Shown here in pieces: positions 23,215 to 37,354 of a stretch of 44,618 nucleotides of DNA. The notes beneath the pieces are model-generated. The model searched no databases. It saw only the letters and a list, made by a program, of their open reading frames with translations, and was not told where the DNA came from. This stretch comes from Octopus bimaculoides (lineage: Eukaryota): the NCBI RefSeq assembly GCF_001194135.2, contig NC_068983.1, forward strand, positions 112,447,175 to 112,491,792, written 5' to 3'. The translations under genes were made by a program, and so were the position numbers. Numbering within the stretch: position 1 is the first letter of the stretch; each line of letters starts with the position of its first letter.

Positions 23215-25974
23215 CCATTATTGTATAAGTGAGGGTTATTGTCAGGAAAAGCAAGCATGGAAAAATGGACTAAAATGAAAGGAAGAAAAATGTAAGGAAG
23301 ACTATACATATAAATGTAACATGAATGATATTTTGACAAGAAAAGTGGCTAATATTTAATTTCATAAATATATATCTACACGTGCATGTGTGTTAAATTA
23401 TTAAAGTAAATATTATCTATGATAAAAATTTGTACTACAGCTTCAGAGTAAAACTTCTCACTATAGCTCTCCAGCTTTTAGAATCTCTGACTGTCACTCA
23501 TTCCCACCCCTTTTATTGTTTTAGTTTCTCTCTACCACCATGACCAACAGGACACACATTGTGCTTCATTATATGTAAGAAGAACACTGGCTCTGGAAGT
23601 TAAATTGCTTGCTTCAGTATACCTGCCTGACAAAAAACAAAAAAACTTCATTGACTTCATAATTCATGGGACAGTGGGTGAGGAATGTTACCCATATAAT
23701 AAAAATAACTGTTCCAATAAAAGACAATACTATACATGAAAGCATGGGATATAAATGTAGAATATTAGTAATATGTGTCACAGAATTTTCCAGCAGTATT
23801 GCTAGATCAAGATATTTTCCATTCTCTTGCTCTCCTGTTTTGCTTTAACTCTGTAATCATGATACTGGAGAATGTATCATTTGATGTAATACATTTTCCT
23901 TCCCAATTATGACTGCTCTCTATGTCTCTATATAATAAGTTTGCAGTAAGACAACTTTCAGCATCTTACCATGTCATTTTTCAATAACAACTTCTGGTTG
24001 ATGGTGAAATGCATTTCCATCTAATTGGAGACCAAATTTATAACTGACTGTCCAGTGTATTTTCTCTGTTCTATTATAAATCATTTGCATCCTTTTTGCA
24101 ACATGTTACTACATACATTGATACACTAATTTAGCTATAGTTTCCTCTTCACATTCAACATTTGTCATTTTACTGGATTTCTACTAATTTTTTTCATTTA
24201 AACAGGGTTTGGGGTTTCTGGTACAGTTAAATTGCAAGGTTTCATTTTTTTTCTCTCTCCTCTCCGCTGCTCCAACCTGTCTTTCTCTCTTTCTCTCTCT
24301 CCCCCTCTCTCTCTCCTCTCTCTATAGTCCTTAATCTTTCAGCTAAACTTATGATTTCATTGCTTGAAATATTTCCCATGCAACATCATTGCTTCTTTCC
24401 CATCCTTTCCTTTATTAATTTTATCTAAATCCTTTGCTATTTGTATATACTCCCATATTCACTATTGATCTCCCTACTTGTATGTGGTGAGCTTTGCTTC
24501 ACTTTTTTCTACACACTCTTTCATTGGGAGCTTATCTTCTTTCTATCTAACATATTTGCTAATATTCTTTCTCACACATAAGTTCACACTTTTTTAATTG
24601 AAGTTAAGATGGCATGAACAAAGATCAGTTTATAATTGGAGGATATTTTTAAATGCCAGGCTATACAGCTGTTAGTTTGCATTAGAAACATGTATTATAA
24701 TAGATTACAAACTCCTGTAAAATTCCATAAAATGGCAAAAAAGAAAAGAAAATGAAAACATCACCATTTTTGAGAATATGAACTGAACACCATTAACTGT
24801 TAACAAGGGAGTCGTAAACTTATTTTTGTTTTACAGATTTTCATATTGAACTTTAGCTTAACCTTTCATGTTCACAGCTGTTGATAGGATTCATTATGTC
24901 AACCATATATAGAGTTATACTAACTGCATATCCTGCTGTCAATGAATTAATCCTTCACTGTCCACAGCTGCAAGTTGCTCTCTAAGTTAATGCTATTTAT
25001 AACTATTCTAATTTCAAATTCTGCTGCAAGATGGCTTAGAGTAAGATTGTGTAGATGCAATATATATGTACAAAAAACAAAATCTGAATCATGATTGCTT
25101 TCAAGTGAGTTTGTTACTATGCTATTCTGTCTGTTGCCAGGGTTTTGTGGACTTGAAATGTTTAACTTTTGTGTATGTGTGTGTGTGCATGTGGGAGATA
25201 TGAATATAAACAACTATAGTTGATTTCTGCTAAAAGAATGAAACAAATAATGGAATTAGAAAACAATTATATCCTGATAGATATCTTTATTGTTGTTTTA
25301 CCCATATTTTACTAGTTTAGCCTAGATGGAATTGTTTATTGAAACAACTGTTTTAATAGCTACATTCCTTTCCAACTTCTAATGGCACAGTTATAAAGTA
25401 GTTGCAGAACTTGTCAGACAAATTTAATCAAGCACAGTAATTTTTTTCCCCAATAGCAAAACATAATAACTGTGGAGGCTGTAATATATATGAAAGTAAA
25501 TGCTTATTATATGAGAAAGCTACTGCTATTGTTTATTCAATTCTTGTTGAGACAAAGCAATGTGGATTTATTTATTAGAATATTGAGAATCTTGTGACTC
25601 AACAAATCATTTGAAATATTGTCACTTACAGATTTAGTATGAAACGATTCTGGCATCTTGTTGGTGTAGTACTTTCAAATTAATAATGTACTGCCATTTA
25701 ATCAGTGATAGTCACACAGTTAAAAAAAATGATAAATTAACTATCATTTACTTATGAAAATTGTACTGAATATGAAAGAAAAATACTCAAATTACAAAGG
25801 TATAAACATATGAGAGACTATGAAAATGCACTGAAAAAATATGCATTAACACAGAGGGAGACGCAAGAATCTCCAAATATATGACATAATATATTGAAAT
25901 TGCCCAAATTGAAATTGCCCAGATTGAAATTACAAAAATTAAACATAAATTAATGACATATATATCAACTTAAA

Positions 25975-26700
25975 GAATGCCACAGTGCTGAACTATGCAG
26001 GTGACATCAAGCTGTACCTTGAGATAAAAAGGACAGATCCTGAACACTAGATCTTTTCTGGACACAATGCAACAATGGCAACACGGACTGGCAACTGAAG
26101 CTGGCTGTGGACGAGTGTAGTGTACCACCATGCATTTTGAGAGAAAAAATCTCAGCATTCACACATTCTCTCCATAACACTAATATCAAGAAGTCTTCTT
26201 GTGAACGTGACCTGGGCATTACCATCAGCAGTGATTTGCGCTGGACAAAGCACATCTCTAAAATTGTCCAGAAGGCCGAGGATGTCTTGGTATCACTCAG
26301 AAAGACCGTTGCCAAGCACTCTCCAGCTGTCTGTTTAAGGTTGTATATGGCTATGATGCAGCCACAGTTGGAATTTGAATCACCAGTCTGGAACCCCTAT
26401 CTTACTCAGGACATCGACCTCCTGGAAACTGTTCAGAGACATGCAACCAAGTGAATACCCTCCATCAGGCATCTACCATACTAAGAACGCCTTGCTGGGC
26501 ATAGATACATTGAAGCTCCAACGTCTGGCAATGCACTTGGTAAACACCCAAAAAATTATTAACCATCGTACCAACAACCACCTTGAGCACCTTTTTGAGA
26601 TATATATGTCTAATACACATTGACAAACCTACAATGTCAGAAAACAGCACAGCTCCCATGACTTTTGGAAACATTTTTTGAAAACTTGTTAAAAGCCATG
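25975..26700 (+). mobile_element. CR1-like LINE 3' fragment
   Basis: ERDLGITISSDLRWTKHISKIVQKA..RPQLEF-like..PVWNPYLTQDIDLLETVQRHATK. Confidence 0.85.
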
Positions 26701-26704
26701 AGAG

Positions 26705-27290
26705 ATGCAAGAGGCTTCATTCTATCATGAAGGAGAGCAAAAAATTTGCTAGTGAGTTTATGCATAATACCCAGATTGAAGAACATGATGGAAGTGTGAC
26801 AACTGTGGTTGCAAAGAAGGTGAAATCAATAGCACAGCAAAAAGCATTTGAACAATTGGCTGATAGGTTGGAACAAAAACATGAACAACAAGAACAACGA
26901 CAAAAATAATAGTAAATATAAGGACATGGAAATTGAAATACAAAAGATGTGGCATCTTAAAGCAAGAGCTGTTCCTGTTATGGTGGTTGCCCTATGTATG
27001 ATTTGAAAGGGATGTCAAAAACATCTAGACAACATCCCAGGAAATCCAAAAGATTATGCTGACAAGTACTGCCCTCATCCTTAGAAAAACCCTATTAATT
27101 TAAATGTCTGTGTTGTATTTCATGAAGATATTTCACTACTGCCCCTGCCACTTCCCCTCCCCAAGCTTTCTGTCATACTGTAACATCTCTTATCCTTCAC
27201 TCGCCCTAGGACACTGAGTGTGTCTTGGCAAGTGAACAAACAAGCATGCAAATTAAAAGTAAATAATAATAATAATAATAATAATAATAA
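26705..27290 (+). mobile_element. R4/Dong-like (REL endonuclease) non-LTR 3' fragment ending in (AAT)n
   Basis: KYKDMEIEIQKMWHLKARAVPVMVVALCMI..KHLDNIPGNP..MLTSTALILRK is the typical C-terminus of R4-clade proteins. Confidence 0.75.
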
Positions 27291-27494
27291 TCTATCATGT
27301 CTGTTTGATTCTAGGATTGAAGAGAAAGAGAATGAAAAATTTTTTTAATATAATCCCTTAAAATGACCAGACATTGTGGTTATTACAGTTTTTTAGGCAA
27401 AGAAACTGAATGGGGGATGAGAAGAGGAGAAATGAGTGAGTTATCATGCGTAAGTGATGGTGACATAAAAAGGTAAAAGTAAAGTTACCTTCTC

Positions 27495-27730
27495 GAGTTA
27501 TGTCAACTGATAAAGGGCCGGTTTCCCGGATTCGTGATGTATATATTCTGCACCTAGACAGGACACCAATCCATCACAGGATTACTCATTTCTGCCAGTT
27601 GAGTGGACTGGAGGAATATGAAATGAAGTGTTTTTGCTCAAGAACACAGGGCATTGCTCAGTCCAGGAATCAAAACCACAATCTTATGATCATAGGTCCA
27701 ATACCATAACCACTAAGCCATGTTCCTCCA
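27495..27730 (-). mobile_element. tRNA-derived SINE (family B)
   Basis: Head TGGCTTAGTGGTTA..TTGATTCCTGG, then TGTGTTCTTGAGCAA..CCAGTCCACTCAACTGG. Confidence 0.8.
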
Positions 27731-27949
27731 TGATGGTGGCATAAGTTTTGCCAGCTCAAAGAAACAGAAGCCAGTGTAGTAGCAGTGGAGAAGTTTGAAG
27801 GAGAAGACAGTATGTCTGTTGGCAAGTAGCTGAAGAGTATTTATGAGAATCCTTATGTCAATCAGTTCAGTAACCCTTTTATGATGTTGTCTAGAATGTC
27901 TTGGTATATAGTAGATACATAATCTAAAAGTGCAGGCAATATCTTATCA

Positions 27950-28290
27950 TAAATCTCGCCTGAACATTTTAGAGGGTTAACAGTATTTATTGAGATGTTG
28001 TTGAAGTATTTTTGGGCCTTGGAAAGAGAGGATAGTCTTTGAGATGTATTCTTTGCTAGGTTGAGTATGTGTGTTCTCCAAAGTGAGCTCCTCAATGAAG
28101 AAAGTGGTCATGAGGATTCTAGCTGTGTACTGTTCATGTTTGTTTTCTTGATACGTGGAATGATTGTGTACTTTTGCTGCTGAAAGTGACAAGGTTGTTA
28201 TAACCGCAGAAGAGAATATTCATGGAGTTCATATGAATGTAGTGTAACATGCCTAGGTAAGATGCACATGAGGCTTGGGTGCAGAAGATT
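27950..28290 (-). mobile_element. Highly degenerate CR1/Jockey-group RT C-terminal fragment
   Basis: NLVTFSSKSTQSFHVSRK and LWRTHILNLAKNTSQRLSSLSKAQKYF. Confidence 0.5.
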
Positions 28291-28471
28291 AAGAAGAAAC
28301 ATCAACTAGTTACAACTGTGTGAGTGGCAGTTATGGCCAAATTACATCAACACATGATTTCACTTTTGTTTCTTTCATGCATGATTCAACTTTTTTCATA
28401 AAAAAATATTCAGCCCAGATATAGTCTCCCACTACTCCTCATCACTTCATAATGATGATAAACATTTCCTT

Positions 28472-28513
<42 letters not shown>

Positions 28514-28986
28514 TGTTGTTTCTGGGTAGAGTCATTCTGTTTTAGTGCCTTATTATTTAACACACTCACTGGTTCAGTTGCCATTCATTTACTTATTTAT
28601 TTTTCCTAAAATTTTTGTTGTGTCTTGCAACATTTTCATCAATAGTCATTGACTTTTAATAACTATTGAGGCAAATATCGCAAGAAGCAACGAAAATTTT
28701 AGAAAAAGTGTGTTAAATAATAAGGCACTAAAACAGCATGACTCTCACAGACACGATAAAATATGCTTCAACACGCAAATTCACATAAAGAATCTTACAA
28801 ACCAAATACGAAGATGAAATATATATATATATATATATTGTGTGTGTGTGTGTGTGTGTGAAAGAGAAAGAGAGAGAGGGAATGAGAGATAGATATAGAC
28901 AAAGATATGATTATACATATATATATATGTATAAATATATATTTAATATATGTGTGTGTGTGCATGTGCATATGTGTAGGTATATA

Positions 28987-29028
<42 letters not shown>

Positions 29029-29451
29029 TATATACATATATATTTATATATAGTCATGTGTGTGTGTATAAGCATGTAATGTTTTATTGCTAGTCTAAAC
29101 TAAGCTTTATTAAATTTAAAAGCAATCAAAATGTTTAAATACAATGAATTCTTTTTTAAAAAAAAGCAAGAAAAAAAAAAGACATAAATTCCATGGAAAC
29201 TTATTTATGAGATGGTTTAACTGGTACAAACAAGATACTTCACACAATTGCCTTGATGTCTCGTGATTCTGTATTTACGTGCTCTAACTAGTTATTTTCT
29301 CTCTCTTTCTGCTAGAGTTGTAAAAATATTGATAAGTTAATTGCATTGATTTTTTTTTTTTCTAAATTAAAGCATGCACTCAAATTTTGAAAGTGAAGTT
29401 GTATAATCATATAAACTCAGAATGTAGACTGGTAAAACTAAATAGATGCAA

Positions 29452-29600
29452 GCAGAGCTGTTTGGTTAAAGAGTTGACTACGCAACTTCTATAAGCTCCT
29501 GGTTTGATCCCACTGTACAAACTTTGGTTAAGTGTCTTCTGCTGTAGATCCATAGTCTTGTACTTATGAAGGACTTGGAAATCATTGACAGAAACTGCAG
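29452..29600 (+). mobile_element. Degenerate SINE family A 5' half
   Basis: Homology to 6512-6670. Confidence 0.7.
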
Positions 29601-29677
29601 TGAAGTTTATCATTTACATTTGTGTGTGTGTGTTTGTGTGTGTGCATATATCTGTGCAAGTATGTATTTATATATAT

Positions 29678-29995
29678 CATCATCATCGTTTAATGTCTGT
29701 TTTCCATGATGGCATGGGTTGGACTGTTTGACTGAGGCACAGCAAGCCAGTGGGCTGCACTAGTCTCCAATCTGATCTGGCAATATTTCTACAGTTTGAT
29801 GCCCTTCCTAGCATCAACTACTTGAGAGTGTAGTGGGTGCTTTTTACGTGCCACTGGTACGGGGGCCAGTCAGGCAGTCCTGGCATCAATGATGTTCAGA
29901 TAGTGCTTTTTACATGCCACCACCATGGGAGACAGTCAGGGTACACTGGAATTGACCAGGTTTGGAGGATGCATTTTATGTGCCACTAGACCATA
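29678..29995 (-). mobile_element. RTE 3' UTR fragment
   Basis: Matches 11421-11700 including the (CAT)n end. Confidence 0.85.
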
Positions 29996-30059
29996 TGCTC
30001 TCATACATGCACACACACACAAACACACACTCATATATATATATATATATATATATATA

Positions 30060-30234
30060 AAGACAGAATCTCCATACAAAAAAGAATCAACAAGGAGAAT
30101 CTTTTTATAGAGAAATTCCAACCACTTCTTAACACACAAACCCCTTGGTGACCATATTTCGCTAAGAACAGACATAAACTTCCTGTTGACAAAGAGTCCA
30201 GAACTCCAACTAAAGAGTATAAAACCCACAGAAT
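30060..30234 (+). mobile_element. Possible PLE endonuclease C-terminus and start of pseudo-LTR, running into the N-gap
   Basis: RISIQKRINKENLFIEKFQPLLN fits the R..KE..FI..F.P.LN end of PLE GIY-YIG domains. Confidence 0.5.
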
Positions 30235-31329
30235 NNNNNNNNNNNNNNNNNNNNNNNNNNNNNNNNNNNNNNNNNNNNNNNNNNNNNNNNNNNNNNNNNN
30301 NNNNNNNNNNNNNNNNNNNNNNNNNNNNNNNNNNNNNNNNNNNNNNNNNNNNNNNNNNNNNNNNNNNNNNNNNNNNNNNNNNNNNNNNNNNNNNNNNNNN
30401 NNNNNNNNNNNNNNNNNNNNNNNNNNNNNNNNNNNNNNNNNNNNNNNNNNNNNNNNNNNNNNNNNNNNNNNNNNNNNNNNNNNNNNNNNNNNNNNNNNNN
30501 NNNNNNNNNNNNNNNNNNNNNNNNNNNNNNNNNNNNNNNNNNNNNNNNNNNNNNNNNNNNNNNNNNNNNNNNNNNNNNNNNNNNNNNNNNNNNNNNNNNN
30601 NNNNNNNNNNNNNNNNNNNNNNNNNNNNNNNNNNNNNNNNNNNNNNNNNNNNNNNNNNNNNNNNNNNNNNNNNNNNNNNNNNNNNNNNNNNNNNNNNNNN
30701 NNNNNNNNNNNNNNNNNNNNNNNNNNNNNNNNNNNNNNNNNNNNNNNNNNNNNNNNNNNNNNNNNNNNNNNNNNNNNNNNNNNNNNNNNNNNNNNNNNNN
30801 NNNNNNNNNNNNNNNNNNNNNNNNNNNNNNNNNNNNNNNNNNNNNNNNNNNNNNNNNNNNNNNNNNNNNNNNNNNNNNNNNNNNNNNNNNNNNNNNNNNN
30901 NNNNNNNNNNATATATATACACATATATATATTTATAAAGTCATAAATGACAGAGAAGTAGTTTGATAAAAAATTATTTAATAATAAGGAAATTATAATA
31001 TCACAACAAATTGTTTTGTAACTTAAAAACATGTATATAATCTATATTATTATATTTGATAATAAATACATTACCTACCTGTCAGCATTAATGCAAATGC
31101 AAAGAAACCTTCAAAATAATGCAGAATTTAAGATATGCCCTCAGTTGAAGGATAGTCTTTGTTAAATACTAAATTCTTGACGTATATGTACAAGACAGGT
31201 TTCTGCACAGTTTTTGTCATAAAATCTTACTCACAAGGAAGTGGCTAACCAAAACAATAGTAAAACATGCTTACTCAAGGTGCTACTATTTGAAGGAAAA
31301 TCTGAAACCACATGATTGCAAAGTGTGTA

Positions 31330-31363
<34 letters not shown>

Positions 31364-31368
31364 TGTGC

Positions 31369-31399
<31 letters not shown>

Positions 31400-32054
31400 C
31401 ACGCACGCACGAGTGTATGTGTATGTATATGTGTACTTCACCAATGCAAAGTTGTTGCAGAAGATGTGAACATCAGCAAAAAACAATTAAATATGTGTTT
31501 TGTTGATTATAAAATCTTGTTGATGTCTTTTCTACATTGAATTGCAAAGACAGTATTTGTAGAAATGCCACCAGAAATATGCCAAACCTTGCCTGACTAC
31601 TAGAAATTTGAAAGCAATAATTCCATTCTTCATTTTTTTCTAATATAAAATTAAACAACTGAATAAATTTTGAAAAGTTTTTTATGATAGTTATTCTGAC
31701 ATTTCTACATGTTTACTTCCCTTAAATCAACAGACAATACATAACACCTACTTATAAAATTATTCTTAAAACTAAAAAAAAAAAAATGGTATCAATTTGA
31801 CAGATAAAATGACAAGACATTCACAAAACAAGCAACTTCTCAACATATATGTAGACTATGTATAAATATATATAAGTTGGCATTGATAAGCCTTGTCTTT
31901 ATATGAGCATATTTTCTTTTGTTCCAATTTTGTCATTTTTGATTTCATACCTGACTTTTCAAAATCAAATCTGGAAACCTCATACAATATTTTTTTTTGT
32001 AGATAAATTCTGCTCTCCATCTCGCTCTCTCTTGCTCTCTCTTTATCTCTCTCA

Positions 32055-32149
<95 letters not shown>

Positions 32150-32487
32150 ACTATCACACATATTGTTATCAATGAAATAAAATATAATTTATTTCACATA
32201 CTTCCATACAAATTTGAATGTCTCTTATGTACATTGCAAGTATTATAAGGAAGATCTCATCATATAATAAATATTATGTTTACCTTTGTGCTTTTTTTCC
32301 GGTGAACAAAGATTAAGTCATCGTTGTGTAGTACAATCTTATTTGGGCCTTTCTCAACTTGCCTCTGCAGGAAATAACGTCTGAAGGAAAGAATCAAGAA
32401 ACAATTGTACACATAAAGAAAGAAAGAAAGAAAGAAAGAAAGAAAAAAAGAAAGAAAATGCTAGGTAAGGTATCAGAAAATTGATAT

Positions 32488-34702
32488 ATATCTATTATAT
32501 AAAATAGAGATGTGTGCATATTCACTTTTCATGTGAAAGCAGCTTCACCAATCACTTCCATACTTGTGATGCATGAATAATTTGCCATCGGACATATAAT
32601 AGGGTCTTTATTTGATTTTTTTAATTAAAAATTATTAAAAATAAAAAATATTGCTATTTATATTACATTCATGTCTTTCAAAGATTTTCAAATATGTATT
32701 TCTGGTTTTCTAGTGTCAATGACGTAACATATCTCTTTATGTATATCTCTCTATCTCTTTCTCTCTGTAACATATCTCTGTATCTATATCTCTTGTTCTC
32801 ACTTTCATTTTTCAGACACTATTATATTCACTTCCAATTTTCATATGCCATTGTTTAACTTCAATGTTAATGTTTTCACTGTAAGTTTAAGTTTTGAATT
32901 GCTATTTACAAAAAACAACAACAAATTACTGACAGAAAGAAGTTTAAAATTACTGATGTAAGTAATTTCATAATTTACTGACAGAAGTATCTTCATAAAT
33001 TTCACTTCAATCCATATGGTTTTGTATATTTCTGTTGTTGACGGTTTCTTTCTGGTACCTTCAATACTGGCTCTTTGGTTAATTGAGTGACAAATTTTGC
33101 TTCAACCCATACAATACTTTATTTTCCATTAACATTTCTTATTTACTTTCTGCCAGTTGTATTAAGAAACATAATTTCCTTTACTAAGTTATTTTCATTG
33201 TCTACTATCTTCTGCACTCGTTTATTTCTGTATACAATATGAATATGTGTTATATCATATGAATATGAATATGTGTTATATCATGTTGATTCTGAATAAA
33301 CAAAATTTGGGTGTTGGGGTAAGTGTTTTATGAAGGGATGGAAAATTTTTGAAAATTCACCAGAGTCCAATTTGTCTTAACTTTCAAGAAAATGGATATC
33401 TTTTAATGAAATTCTTTAGAAATATACTTTGGAATATTATTAAATTACATTCACTTCTTTAAAAAAAGGTTTCTCAATGTCAACTTCAGGTATTGATATA
33501 AAAATGGCAAAGTCTGTCCCTGTCTAATTTATGTTTCTATACATTTATGTATGGTGTGTGTGTGTGTGTGTGCTTGTGTGAGTGAGTGAAGGGGTGTGTT
33601 GTCATGTATTCGTACATACATAAATACATATGCATACATCTTTTTTGCATGTATGTCTGTGTGTATGTGAGAGAGAGAGAGATGGGCAGAATTAGTAACT
33701 GGGGTAAAATGAGTTATTTATGATTTCTCATTATTTTCTGCCTACTTGTTTGAAATCATTACGTTGCAAGTACTGCATCATAACTTTGTACTGCTGTATC
33801 ATCTTTACAAGTAAAAATTAGTGAGCACAGTTGTTATTGCTGTTAAAGTTGAGAGAGTCTAGAACATTGTCAGGTGAGAGGTACATGTTTTTGGGTTTTT
33901 TTTCAAGAAATTCTTCGTCACCTTTCATCCAATTGTATTTGAGATTACTAATAAAATATCTGAATAATTTTTTTTGTTTAACAATCAACATTCTTTCCTC
34001 GGTTGGATTTTTCCAAACTAATGTCTAATTTGATCATTTTCTATTTTCAAAAGATGAGATCTAAAATGGGGTAAAATAAGTAATGACCAATAGCAATAAT
34101 CTATTCTCTTTAACTTCATGGTGTGTAGCGTCAGTAACGTAACATATCTCTCTTTCTATCTATATCTATATCGGATCCATTCCATCTCTATCTCTATATC
34201 TATCTGTATCTCTCTGTCTTTATCTTACCTATTTATAGCTATCTATCGTTCTATCTTTCTCTTATTTGTCTAATTAGCTCTCTCTCTCTCCCTCTCTCTC
34301 TCCCTCTCTCTCTCTCTCTCTCACTCACACTCACTCACTCACTCACTCCCTCCCTCCTTATTGTTTGCACTTTTATTTTTCAGATGCTATTCTTTCCCCT
34401 TTCAATTTTCAGGTGCCATTGTTTCACTTTAACTGCAATCATTATTGTTTTGATTGTAAGTTTACATTTTCAATCATTATTGTTCAGACAGTAAGTTTAC
34501 GTTAACAGTCGCTATTTATGACAGAAAGAAGTTCACATTTACTGATGTAAGTAATTTCATAATTTACTGAGAGAAGTATGGTTTAGTATTTTTCTGTTAC
34601 TGACGGTTTTTTCTGCTTCCTTCGATACTGACTCTTTGGATCACTGAGTTAAAAATTTCGCCTCATCATAATTCTAAGCAAGGCCACGTATCTCTGCTAC
34701 TG
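32488..34702 (+). mobile_element. Putative non-autonomous Helitron-like element with internally duplicated module
   Basis: 5' A/TCTATTATATAAAA. The 3' end CTAAGCAAGGCCACGTATCTCTGCTAC/T resembles a decayed hairpin-CTAG end. 32710-33110 is related to 34130-34660. Confidence 0.4.
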
Positions 34703-34854
34703 TGTAATAAAACAGCAAATTTAAAATGTTTTTGGTATTATATATTCATGATTACCTGTGTTTCATTTGCTAACTACCTACATTATATTCATATATATCT
34801 ATACATATTTTCAAGTGCATATATATGTGTGCGTGTACGTGTGTGTGTGTGGGG

Positions 34855-35040
34855 GGAACTAAGCAATTAGGATATTGCACTCATGACAGTGTGATTTCAC
34901 TTGAAGTTTCAATTCTTGGACCAAGCAATGTATTTTGCTCCTGTGCAAAATATTTCATTTCACATTACTCCAGTCCACTCAGCTTGTAAAATAAAATCTT
35001 TAATTCTGTGACAGACTAGTATCCCATCCAGTGGATAGAG
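34855..35040 (+). mobile_element. Degenerate SINE family B
   Basis: TTTCATTTCACATTACTCCAGTCCACTCAGC core shared with 27495-27730. Confidence 0.6.
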
Positions 35041-35324
35041 TATATATGAACTGGACCTTATCAGCATATGAATCAAAAACAAAAAATCAATGGTTCAAGA
35101 AGAACCTTTGATCTTTGATTTATATAGATCTATATTTGTATATGAAGATATAGGAGAAGAGTAGTGAAAAAAACCAAACTCCATGCATGTTGAATGGCCA
35201 TTGTTTTTTAAATAAAATGAAGGCATTTCTCCTTGGTACGTAAGTAATGTAAGGCAAGCAAAATAAAAGAAGACTATCCTAAGTTCAGCATGGTTAATAC
35301 AAAACTAGTTTCACATTTAATGCT

Positions 35325-35680
35325 GTTGGCACTCCGTCGCTTACGACGTCGAGGGTTCCAGTTGATCCGATCAACGGAACAGCCTGCTCATGAAATTAAC
35401 GTGCAAGTGGCTGAGCACTCCACAGACACGTGTACCCTTAACGTAGTTCTCAGGGATATTCCGCGTGACACAGTGTGATAAGGCTGACCCTTTGAATTAC
35501 AGGCACAAAAGTTGTGGTGAAAGAGTACAGCAGGGTTTGCCACCATTCCCTGCTGGAGCCTCATGGAGCTTTAGGTGCTTTCGCTCAATATACGTTCACC
35601 ACGCCTGGTCTGGGAATCGAAACCGCGATCCTATGACCTCGAGTCCGCTGCCCTAACCACTGGGCCATTGTGCCGCCACA
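35325..35680 (-). mobile_element. tRNA-derived SINE (family C), CpG-rich and relatively young
   Basis: Head TGGCCCAGTGGTTAGGGCAGCGGACTCG..GGTTTCGATTCCCAGACC; GC-rich 3' domain ending ..CGACGGAGTGCC. Confidence 0.85.
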
Positions 35681-37296
35681 CATTTAATGTACAAACTAAA
35701 TAAATCAATTAAAAAAAAAAATTCAATCAAAGTACATACTACGATCTTCAGTTCTATACTCTTTTTTTTTATGAAAAAATATGCATAACTTTAAGATATA
35801 TTTACCTCCATTTATCCACATCAATTCATAATTCAAGGTATAAATATTGTATATATAATATATATTTGTAAGTAAGAAAATGAGATGACAACGGAATAAA
35901 CGATTATCTTATGAACTTCATTAGCTTGGAGATGTTTCTGCTATAAGATGTAGTGGACTCATAGCTGAGTACCTGAGTAATACCTCATAGCTTCGCATAT
36001 ATATTAAAAAGTAAATGAATCAAATATTGTGACAGAGAAAAATCTGCTGTGCATATATTAATGGAAATCATTGTAACTGAGGAAGACCTCTATCTGGTAA
36101 TAGATTTCATGCATATGTGAAATTAACCACCTTGAATGTTAGCCATGGCATGTAGCCATTAATGAGAGCCAGAATTTAGAACTGGTTAGCCATGAAAATC
36201 ATAAACAATGCTGAATATGGTGAACAGTAATAGTCAGCATTAGATAAACATGTAAATGAAATTGTTCTACTAAGAGCTATATATGTGAAATCTTGATTAA
36301 TGAGCAGATTACTGAATATTTTAGCTTTCAAGGTGTCTCAGTTCTATAATGTACATGTGCACATGTTTGAGTGTGACAGTGTGTGTGCGTATATAAAACA
36401 AAACTGAGCTAAGCAGAATGACTCAGATTAGCTAGTGGCATGAATTTGGACAACAAAGATGATCATGTAATCCATATTTTAAAGGCCCTGACAATTTAGT
36501 TGTATAAAATTTCTACAGTTATATCAGTGAAGTAAACATGAAGAAGAATTTGCACAAGCTCAGCAGGACTTACAGATTATTAAATCACTTGTTATTTGCA
36601 GATGTCTTACTAACTTGGTTTAGAGAGCATAAAACCAAATTTAATGCAAAAATCAATTACAGTATCAGAATGCATCAGCCCTGTTTTAGATTCACCTGTT
36701 TGAATTGTAATTATTCTGTCAGAAACGAATCATATAATGATATTTCACTTCCTTCTTTTTAATGTTTTTAGATCTGTAGTTTTATATCAGTATGGGCTTG
36801 ATAGTTTTGTAAATTCAGAGCTATAAATAAAATGTCCAGTTGTGTGTTTTGCTATAATATGTACCCAACCTCGTCTCAATGATCCAAAAGTAAATTTGGA
36901 TTTATTTTTAATTAAGTGTACTTAGGCAGGGAATGCTAGTGACATGTAGCTGAGACTATGCATCAACAAACTATTGGTTCATCTATCAGAAGTTCATATT
37001 TGAATGCTGGCATTTCATTATCTTCTAGATTTATCACTAGTAATGAACATTAAAACAACCTCCATGTTAATAAGACAAACATAAAAGTGGTGAAAAACAT
37101 TGTAGAAATATTTGAGAAAGAAATAACTGATGCACAACTTTACTGATTAGGACTAATTAGCAATCACTAGATATTCAAAGATTTTTAGTTTAGTGCTCCT
37201 TTTCCTCATGAAATAATTAAGCAGTAGTTTATTTTTGAATAATAAAGTACTATCATGTTATAGATATACAATATACATGTAGATATGCATATATAA

Positions 37297-37345
<49 letters not shown>

Positions 37346-37354
37346 ATATATGTA

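Noticed and set aside
24206-24238. 33-nt micro-exon candidate (GFGVSGTVKLQ frame)
   Set aside because: The donor gtttca is weak and the sequence is too short to distinguish from chance.
28795-32175. Many 60-106 aa ORFs rich in CV/HT/YI
   Set aside because: They are translations of (TG)n, (CA)n and (TA)n microsatellites.
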